A DNA stretch of 59,078 bases, taken from NCBI GenBank assembly GCA_002269645.1, contig NIVC01002682.1, forward strand, positions 1-59,078, in the 5' to 3' direction. Position 1 is the stretch's first letter, and every line of letters begins with the position of its first letter. Source of the stretch: Macrostomum lignano (Eukaryota). Position numbers and translations under genes: made by a program. This document shows, in pieces, positions 31,401-40,584 of this stretch. The notes beneath the pieces were generated by a model that saw nothing but the letters and a program-made list of their open reading frames with translations, had not been told where the DNA came from and made no database searches.

Positions 31401-34400
31401 TAAAAACTTTAGATTGTCTCAGAGATGTGACGTATCTATGAGAATTTCCCGCGGGAAGTTTTCCCCGCCGAGGTTTGCCCGCAGGGTTTTTACAGTCGGA
31501 ATTTCAAGTCAAATCTAATCGGGTTTGAAATCTAGTCTAGTTCTAATCTAGTCTAGTTTATGTCTTGTCTAGTCTAGTTTAGTTCTAATCTAGTCCAGTA
31601 CTGTCTATAGACTGGATTTGACTTGAAATTCCGACTGTAAAAACCTTGCCCCCGAAGTGACGTTAAATCATGTCTTTTTTTCTAGGGCTTTTAGCATGCA
31701 TCGATCATTTACGGAGCCTAAGACTAGTCAAAACAGGAGACTTGCTTGAATCCCCCTTTTGCTGTGCCTCTAATCGTATGTTAATGATATGATCCTCTGT
31801 TTTTTGCATGCGTTTTTTTGCTGAGGATTCGTAGACTCATTAAGCTTTTACAAGCTTGAAGCTTCACAAACTCGAAAACTTCCCAATTTGATAGATGTAA
31901 AAAATTTCCAAGCTTGTAAAAGCGACCGGGTTCAAAGACAAGGACATCGTCAGGTTGGCACTCTTACGCATCCTCATCTCTAGGCTACAGCTGCATTCCG
32001 GAAGAGAAAGTGTGTAAATTTCATCTGTCGGCCACTCGACCACTGAGTACCGAAGCTATAGCCCTTGAAAATAGGCAGAAGTAGCTATAAAAGAGAGATT
32101 GACAGAATCTATCTTTGGCCTAAATGGCATTCATTTTTTGCGCTCCAGCCCTCTCAGACCGGATTATCGATCGGATTTTCTCCGGCGCCGTGTCGCGCAA
32201 CAAATCTCTGCTGACAGAGAGTCGGATGTCCTATCCAGACTTTGTCTGGTTTCTCCTGGCCGAAGAGGACAAACGGCATCCTAGGAGGTGAGTTGTAATG
32301 CCCTTTTTTGAGCCTATTGAATAGTTCTATAAGGTGTTGAGTCTTTTTTATTGCTTTGTAGTCTTTGTAGTGGATCCTTAATAGTCTTTAACAATCTTTC
32401 TATCGACTCTTCAATAGTTCTTGTAAGTTTATTTGATTATATAAGCAGACGGCTTATCATAAGACGGCTGCTCTCATGTGCCAGCGGCCCAGGCTCGATT
32501 CCAAGTGCAGTTGCATTACATTAATCTGGGGCTAAATTGGAATCTCGGCTAGTTAGGACCGCTGTACACTCCTGTGTGAGTGTGTGCCTGTGCGTATGAC
32601 TGCGTACGTATCCGCGCGCTTGTGTGCCTGCTTAGGAGAGTCGGCGGAATGGGCAGTATTGCATCTCGCCGGTTGTGTGACAATGTCGCTTAAAGTGCGC
32701 CAGTGTGCACACAACCCCCTGCCCTCTAAATAAATAACTGCCTTATCATTTTTCAATTGATATTACTTCCAGTAGTAGACTATCTAAATACGCAACAACC
32801 GTCTTAAAAACCTCCAACTAAACAGCATAGAATACTGGTTCCGCTGCATGGACCTAGACGGAGACGGGGTCATATCCCTGTACGAAATGGAGTACTTCTA
32901 CACTGAGCAGATGCGCCGAATGGAGGAGGCCCGCATCGAGGAGTACCAGGGCCTGCAGGACTGCGTGTGCACCATGCTAGACATGGTGAAGCCCGCCCAG
33001 CCGAATCGAATCGCGTTGGGCGATTTAAAGCGCTGCAAATTGGCCGGCGTGTTCTTTGACACCATGTTCAACCTGCACAAGTTCCTGGACTATGAGCAGC
33101 GCGACCCCTTTGCCAATCTGCGCGATATTCAAGAGTGCGCCGGCATGTCCGACTGGGAGAAGTACGCGGCTGAGATGTACGAGATACTGGTGGCTGAGGA
33201 GAGCAACGGAGCTATGCACGATGAGTGAGTGATGTTAGCTGATATCTGGTGTGCTCAGTGTCCTCAGCCAGCCTCCCAGATCCTCAGTTGCTGGGCTGCC
33301 AGCCTCCCAGATCCTCAGATGCTGGGCCAGCCTCCCAGATCCTCAGTTGCTAGGCTGCCAGCCTCCCAGATCCTCAGATGCTGGACCATAGCCTCCCAAA
33401 TCCTCAGTTGCTGGGCCAGCCTCCCAGATCCTCAGTTGCTAGGCTGCCAGCCTCCCAGATCCTCAGATGCTGGACCATAGCCTCCCAAATCCTCAGTTGC
33501 TGGGCCAGCCTCCCAGATCCTCAGTTGCTAGGCTGCCAGCCTCCCAGATCCTCAGATGCTGGACCATAGCCTCCCAAATCCTCAGTTGCTGGGCCAGCCT
33601 CCCAGATCCTCAGTTGCTAGGCTGCCAGCCTCCCAGATCCTCAGATGCTGGACCATAGCCTCCCAAATCCTCAGTTGCTGGGCCAGCCTCCCAGATCCTC
33701 AGTTGCTGGGCCAGCCTCCCAGATCCTCAGTTGCTGGACCATAGCCTCCCAAATCCTCAGTTGCTGGGCCAGCTTCCCAGATCCTCAGTTGCTGGGCTGT
33801 CAGCCTCCCAGATCCTCAGTTGCTGGCTGCCAGCCTCCCCGATCCTCAGTTGCTGGGCCAGCCTCTCAGATCCTCAGTTGCTGGGCCAGCCTCCCAGATC
33901 CTCAGTTGCTGGGCCAGCCTCCCAGATCCTCAGTTGCTGGGCTGCCAGCCTCCCAGATCCTCAGTTGCTGGGCCAGCCTCCCAGATCCTCAGTTGCTGGG
34001 CCAGCCTCCCAGATCCTCAGTTGCTGGGCTGCCAGCCTCCCAGATCCTCAGTTGCTGGGCCAGCCTCCCAGAGTGTCAGTTGCTGGGCCAGCCTCCCAGA
34101 GTGTCAGTTGCTGGGCCAGCCTCCCAGATCCTCAGTTGCTGGGCCAGCCTCCTATGGTCCTACATGCAATAGTCCAAAATCTTAGCATTTTCTTAAATGA
34201 AATAATGATAAAAAATAAAATATTTTTGCATAGCACTACTTTTAGTACACGCCTGAGAACTAAATCAATCTAATCAATAATTTTCAACTTTCGCAACGCA
34301 GTGCCGCCTACGCGGACGACTTTGAGAACATGGAGGAGGACCCGGCTGAGAACTTTCGCAGTGGGGAAGGGTTGAAATTTCTCGAAAGTTTCAAAGGCTC

Positions 34401-34413
34401 AAAAGAAATCTGA
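22492..34413 (+). CDS. PPP2R3: PP2A regulatory subunit B'' (PR70/PR72/PR130 family); exons 22492-22845, [alternative first exon 28397-29842], 29992-30841, 32149-32287, 32826-33224, 34302-34413
   Basis: VKIDELFLRWF N-terminus; [48 protein letters not shown] (EF-hand); ALSDRIIDRIFSGAV; FVWFLLAEEDKRHPRS|IEYWFRCMDLDGDG (EF-hand). All junctions are GT/AG with matching phases (0, 1, 2, 2). Confidence 0.92.
22949..23200. repeat. About 55-bp tandem repeat x5 (CCAAT plus G-rich) in PPP2R3 intron 1
   Basis: gccaatcagc...tttggtaggggtagagggacgaagggctta repeated with degeneration. Confidence 0.8.
26640..26919. mobile_element. MITE, 280 bp, 59-bp TIRs
   Basis: 26640-26698 vs 26861-26919 are inverted with 2 mismatches; internal 14-bp inverted repeat gataattagggact/agtccctaattatc. 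Confidence 0.8.
28397..29842 (+). CDS. PPP2R3: Candidate alternative first exon of PPP2R3 (PR130-like long low-complexity N-terminus, 482 aa)
   Basis: ATG-initiated ORF with a gtcagt donor at 29843 in phase 0 with the 29992 acceptor; S/P/T/A-rich; the first ~45 aa resemble the recalled PR130 N-terminus. Confidence 0.7.
31481..31649. mobile_element. MITE, about 170 bp, 35-bp TIRs, (CTAGT)n interior
   Basis: gcagggtttttacagtcggaatttcaagtcaaatc / gatttgacttgaaattccgactgtaaaaaccttgc (1 mismatch). Confidence 0.8.
31844..31923. mobile_element. Small inverted-repeat remnant related to the 46.5-kb foldback
   Basis: Perfect 15-bp IR gcttttacaagcttg/caagcttgtaaaagc; interior ttcacaaactcgaaa resembles the 16-bp unit at 46540-46770. 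Confidence 0.5.
32445..32750 (+). mobile_element. SINE-like insertion in a PPP2R3 intron
   Basis: B-box-like ggctcgattcc (32492); ctgtacactcctgtgtgagtgtgtg shared with the 55.3-kb SINE copy; (AATA)n tail near 32730. Confidence 0.4.
33262..34152. repeat. Minisatellite of 27/31-bp units (cagcctcccagatcctcagttgctgggc) with an 89-bp higher-order repeat, filling the last PPP2R3 intron
   Basis: 89-bp period (31+27+31) is evident from identical ORF starts at 33378, 33467, 33556 and 33645; the order breaks down after about 33720. Confidence 0.95.
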
Positions 34414-36047
34414 CGGAACTACTGTAACCCCGTGTTTATGATTAAGAAGAGTTTTGAAGGCTTACAGCAACACTCGATTCTCCTTATTGTATGCATGTTG
34501 AGATAAATTATTTTATTTGTTAAAGAAGTTCATAACGGGTACTTGATGTACTTGATGTTATTGCATGGTTAAACAAAAGAATGAATGCACTGTCTTCAGG
34601 GACACGGCGCATCTTATATTGTTATTGTTGTGTGTACAGCATTCTTCGTTCGGGCCTTTTTCTAGCAGAGCTACCTGCCTCTCTGTTTCCCCCCTATTGA
34701 CCAGTTATGTTAATCAGTTATTAACTGTATCGATTGATTTGCAGATTGATTTGACTGATTGATGCCTCAGTTGCGGAGGTTGTGCTCACCTCAATTGTTA
34801 TTTGTAATCGTAAATGTAATGACGATTATTGTAAAACCGGATTTAACCCTTATTCGAATATTGGCGCTGCACACACTTCTTAACTCTGCTCTAGACCAAT
34901 TTATAATTTGTCTGTTTTCCTTTATATAATATTTCATATTTCATGACCTTCACTGTTCGATAAGTAATCATATGATATAATATAGCAAAGTGCACTTGAA
35001 GTGCATGTATTTCACATAGAATAAATATATGACCTATTATATTTATTTATATTTATGTTTGATATACTTTGATGTCAATTGATTGTCATTTTTAGTAAAT
35101 CAAAAAAGTTTAAGACATGAGTTTATTCTCTTTTCAATTAATTTTTGGGGCTATAAATTTAACTCATAACGTAGTCATCGCGTTAAACAGGGGCACTTGC
35201 GTCTAGATCATACGCTCGCAAAGCTTTCGGAGGTCTGTGCATTCTTCGAGGTCTTTTGTAGGCGTAGGAGAAGGATTAAACTTAGTACGAGCTATTGTCT
35301 ATGGTCCTCATCCACTATTTGACCGTGTCGCCTGTTGAAGAAGTTCACGGCGTCTGGATGTTCAGTCTGGACTAGTTCAGGATACCTAACAGCTGAGACT
35401 TGATCAGAGACAGAAATCCACAACAGGTTGTCCGTAGTTACCTGGTGCCAGTTGTTAAAGGTACCGACGCTGTGGGGTGATGATGGAATGGTTGAGAGAC
35501 TAGCTGCGCATGTCCAGCTGTTGGGGCTTGGGTAACAAAACTAGAGAAATTGCGACAGGGTGTCCATAGTTACCGGGTGCTTTTAACTGTTTAATGTCCA
35601 GAAGCTTCGTCTGGGTGAAGGCAGGTGATCAACGGAGTCAGAGCTTGTCAAGGCTGCACTGATGGGTAGTGTTGATTGGTGCTCAGGTGTATATTATGCA
35701 CGAGGAAAATCCGACCTTCTGGTAAAATTGTTGAATATCTCGACGGTCCGTAGGGCTGGCGACTTGATTCTTACGAAATAGAGACCTATATCTAAATGTA
35801 CAAGTACTGGGTTTTTCGACTAGCTCGTGTTCAGGGATTGATTTACTGTATAACCGATGTCTTAGATAAAATCTCCGGACCAAACTCTATAGCATGGTAC
35901 AGTTGACATCAGTTCGCTAGAAACTAACCATCTAACTGCGAATACAAGAAACTCCTGTGCAACTTTTAGATTTAGAATGTTGTGATAACGACTGAATTCC
36001 AGACATAAAAGCTCCTCGGGGACACTGAAAGCTGCTGCTCATTTCAA

Positions 36048-39000
36048 TTAGGGCAGTCGGGGTATCTCCAAACAGGCCAGGAGCCAAGACCCGGATGGCA
36101 GCGGCACCCTGACGCTCTCGTCCCAGCGTCCTTTGCGAAGGCAGAATCGCAGCAGCAGCTTGTCGCTGCAGCCGGATGATTGGCTGTCCCCTGCTGTCAC
36201 GCTGATTGCATTCGATTCCACTTCGGCTATAGCGTAGGCCTCTCCTCCTCTCCGAGCCACGTCCAGCAGGCGACGGCACCCTGTCGGCAGACGTTCCGCT
36301 CGTATCTGCCAGCCCGAGCTCGGCACCGCGTGCGCGTCGTCCAGGCTTTCAACAGACTGGCAGGGCACCGGCTCAAGACCGTCCAGTCCAACACAGTCGC
36401 CGCCGAAGGCCCACAGTCGACCGCGTCGCAGCAGAAGGCAGTGGTTCCAACGAGGCGCCCGAAGCTCCGGCAGTAGTTGCCAATGCCGACGGCGCGGTTT
36501 GTCTAGCGGCAGCCGATACAGCCACGGCAGAGGCAGCGGGTCCTCCGAGCGGCCGGAGATGCCGCCGCAGATAAACAGGTGTCGGGCGTCGGCCACTGAG
36601 GCCTGCGAATGCATCGGGCGCGGCAGACGGCACAGTCGAGTCCAGCGAGAGTCGGCAAACAACTCGATAGTGTCCAGCACGGTTTCGGTGGTCGAGGCGA
36701 CGGATGCTGAACCTGCGACGTCTGCACTGGCCTCGGTGCGCTGCACGCCACCCGTTGCTACCGCGGCGCCGCAGCCAGCCGCTGTCAGCGAGCAGCGAGT
36801 CCGCGCCGTTGCGGCTGGCGGCAGCGGCTCGAGAGCTGGCAGAGACGACTCCATGGTGGTGACCCCCGGTCGGCAAAGACAGGCCCGCTTTACGCTGATG
36901 AAATTGTCTGGAATAAAAGAGGTTGTATGTAGTTCTAAACGTGCCTAGAGTGGCGTACCTGAAGTACTTGTGCCTTTTATCCAAATTTCCCCGCATAAGC
37001 ATTGCATAGTAGATATCTGAAATCAATCTTCGCACAGTCGAGTGATAAAATTGCATTTCGGGGTGTCTAAGCATCACCCACTGCACTTTTGCAAGTTACC
37101 ATTGCGCCTAAGCCGCCTGTATTGCACTGCAATTTTTCAAGGAACTTTTAAGAGGACGAAATGTACTTAGCATTCATTTATAGCAGAACAGCTCAGTGGA
37201 AAACGTGTCTTATTGTCGCACCACGATCCCTGGGTTCGATTCTGTGCGCTGCCACATTCAATTGGAGCTTGTGCACGATAATTGGCCCGGGGAATTGCCA
37301 GGATTCACACCCATGAGGGCCAACCTCCAAGGCACAGAGGGTGTACCTGGCTGACGATTAGAAAATGAGGGCCGTTATAAACTCTGTATGAATGTGTGCG
37401 CTTCCATGTGCTCGGAAGTCGGTGGAATGGCCAAAATTGCCTTATCGCTGGCTGAGAGGTGATGTCGCCGAAGGCGTTTCGCAACCTCCCCTATGAATGC
37501 ATCGATCAGTATCAGTGCAGTATCGTGGGTCAGCACTTATTTACTAATCCTGCAGGTATATGAAGGTGATGTAGCCCGTACTCGTATTAAGGGTTAGCAT
37601 GGCTAAGTCACAAGCTTGAATGATTAGCAGAGTCCTGGGGCTCAGTAAGTGAGTGCTATTCTCACCGGACGAGCCGAATGCCATGAGCAGGGTGTCAGCT
37701 CCAAACTGCGCAGCGGCCGCCGAATCAAGTCTCCAACCGGGCGGTCGCGGCATGTTCGTCATACGAAGTCGTTTCTCAAGCTCGTCAGCTTCGTCGCCCA
37801 CTGGCGAGAGAGTTGCCGTGACGGTGAGCACGACATCTTCGGTGACGTCCTCATCTCCAGCAGAGTCAGCGCCGCAGCAGAGAACGCAAACTGACGGTCG
37901 AGCCCCACGTTCAACCAATGAGCGCCGCGATCTTGACGCTCCGTTGTCTGGCATCTCTTCGACAGTCTCTGCTGCCTCTTCTGGAGCTACCAGTAGTGAC
38001 GCTAGGGCTTCATCCAGCCGCTCGATCAGGTTTGGATCACGAATCAGGTGACGGCGAACCCGTCGACACAGTCTCTGGTTGGGCAGCAGCCTTCGACATG
38101 CAGGCGAGTCAAGTAGCAATCGGCAGAGCAGCTCTTCGTCGGAGTCCAACGGCCGGTCGCTGGCCAGCAGCCGATCCAAACGAGTAAAAAAATTTTCCAC
38201 TCCCTGCAACTGCAGCCTGTCAAGGTTCGCCAGGAAAATGCTCAGATTGGAAGCCAAGTACGCGGAAATCTCTGCTTCATTCAGACCATCCGATGGCCCA
38301 GCGCGGAACAGGCAACGGTGAATTCGCAGAAGGCGTGCCGACTCAATCAGGTTCGGCATAGCGAATGCTGTTCCTGCCGCTTCCACGTTCGCTAGATCCT
38401 CCGGGGTCAGCTCTACAGAGCCGGTGTAGGCGAAATTCAAGCCGATGCGCATGACAGACGGTGGATAGCGTTCATCGGATAGACGATAACGCTGGAATCG
38501 AGTCCATAAAGCATCCGAAGGTCGTTCATCATCGGCGTTGTCTTTCATATAAATGGGTTCGTCGACTGCTTCGGTGGTTGAAACTTCCGCTGCCAGTTCA
38601 GTGCCTCCCGATGCAGTGTCTTCCAGTTCAAGCTGGTCTTCTGAATCGTCTGAATCGGATGTGCTGCTGTCCTCTGACCTCTGTCTTGTGAGCCGCATGG
38701 CCACTGTTGATTTGATCTCATCATCATCATCGTCTGTCGTTGATCCGTCCGATTCTTCCAAAGCTGTAAAAGTTTTTTTCATCATGGAAGCTTCAGCCAA
38801 CGTGCTGACTTTCGTCACCTTCGACCAGTCGGCAAAAGGTAGACGCGTACCATTTTTCACGGCTTCTAACAACCGCGGGTAGCTCTGCAGAACGCTCTCG
38901 TGGGTGCCAATCTCTAATTTAGCATCTTTGTCGGCGTCGCTATCGAACTCAATGCAAATGTCGGCAAGTGGATCATCCAGTTGATACTTGACGGAGCGCG

Positions 39001-39112
39001 GCGCTGCGGGGAAGTCGACCTGAATCTTGTCAGGATCAAGCAGAGTCATCCGGCGTCCATCGCGATGGCTCGGACGCAGACTAAGTGAACTAAAAGAATC
39101 CTTAGATGTCAT
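36048..39112 (-). CDS. BTB-BACK-Kelch protein (divergent KLHL-like); exons 39112-37666 and 36907-36048
   Basis: BTB motifs LADICIEF..THESVLQSY and PSVMRIGLNFAYTGSVELTPEDLANV; BACK-like segment; Kelch repeats (LMAFGSS|DNFISV, AVATGG, LFICGG, LWAFGG...W). G|GTGAGA donor at 37665 and ttttattccag acceptor at 36908 share phase 1. ATG at 39112 follows an acceptor at 39124. Confidence 0.82.
37185..37420 (+). mobile_element. tRNA-derived SINE (copy 1), in the BTB-Kelch intron
   Basis: A-box-like cagctcagtgg (37189), B-box ggttcgattc (37233); body shared with 55325-55540. Confidence 0.65.
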
Positions 39113-39839
39113 GCGGCAATATGCTGTCGAGAGCTTGAAGTTAGAATTGGTAGAAATTTCTATTCTAACGGCACATAATCCTTTAAGTCTGCGTGGCTGG
39201 GAGCTATCAACATAGTTCCTGACTAAATGCATGCATGCTTATATAGGCTTGAATGCCGTTAACTACTGCGTGTGCTACTTGCATTCAAGAGTGCCTGCCT
39301 GTGATTCTGAGGCTCCCCAACTTTCCTGCACTAATCTTATAGAGTCGCAGAATGTTAGTGAGACTAAATTCAATGGAGCACTCCGGATGCAACTTTCCAT
39401 TATTGACGCTTAACTGAAAGCTTAATGATCAGGATTTAACAGTCGGGGCAAGTATGGATAGCTATTGTATAGTACATTCGTGTAGCATTGATGGAACTTT
39501 AGTGCATCTGAATTGCGCAAAACAGACAGTAAACAACATGCAGAGTAGAGTGACTTTGTTTATTTTGTGATCTTTTTGCGTTCAGTTTATGAAGCTAAAT
39601 AAATGTACTTCTACAACCGTAGAAGTATGTGCAAACGGTGTAATGCACTATAGCGAAAATTTCAAGTGTGCTTTTCCTATCTAGCTACTGAAAGTAGACA
39701 TTGCGTTGCTCACTCTTTCTATGAAATGAAAGTGTACATACATGTGTCTCTCTATGAACCGAAAGTATCCTAATTACCTAAATTACACTGAATTTCCTTC
39801 TCGAATGGGGCTTGCAGGTGTGGTCACGATGAAGTACAG

Positions 39840-40050
<211 letters not shown>

Positions 40051-40584
40051 GTTTTGAGGCTTTGTGCATGTAAATCGCTCAATTTGGTCGTGTCGTAGGT
40101 TATGCGACAGACAGATATGAAGGCTCCGCACCAGGGCACATATAAGTGTGTAAACTGTGTCTAACTAATTTCGAGGGGTGTCTAAAAAGTAGTGATACTT
40201 TTAACCGTAGCTCTTGTTCTACAGCTTCCTGTGATTTAAAATTTTATGAACTGATCTCTTCTAAATCTCTTCTACAGACTGATTTTTGAATTTTTAAAAT
40301 TGATACTAGAAAACAAAAGTTATACTCACGAAAGTAACAGTACCTGTACCATAGAGTTTCAGAAACTATATCGAAATTTATAATAGTCGACTTCTGCACT
40401 CATTCATTAAGAAGGAATCGATAAATGTCTTGTTTAAGCAATACCAAAGCCCATTTGCAAAATGATGCTCACTGTGACTGACTGAAATTTGTCTATGGAC
40501 GGAATCATGCGCAAAAAAAAAGCATTAAATTCATTACTTTACTTGCAAACAGAGGAGCTTGCATTTTGCGATTCGTTCATGCTT

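Noticed and set aside
33229-34273. Many Pro/Gln/Ser-rich ORFs and a possible CRISPR-like array
   Set aside because: Head-to-tail minisatellite without unique spacers, inside a spliceosomal intron; no cas genes; eukaryotic context.
35445-35585. Two similar gtcc(g/a)tagttacc(t/g)ggtgc motifs about 110 bp apart (APGNYG on the minus strand)
   Set aside because: Frames are broken by stops; probably an old repeat; nothing assignable.
36373-37086. 237-aa minus-strand ORF
   Set aside because: The 5' part is intronic and the 3' part is an alternative frame of the Kelch exon; the 36907 acceptor explains the coding signal.
37544-37665. ORF-track C-terminus of the 562-aa ORF
   Set aside because: Read-through into an intron after the G|GTGAGA donor; the Kelch repeats continue at 36907.
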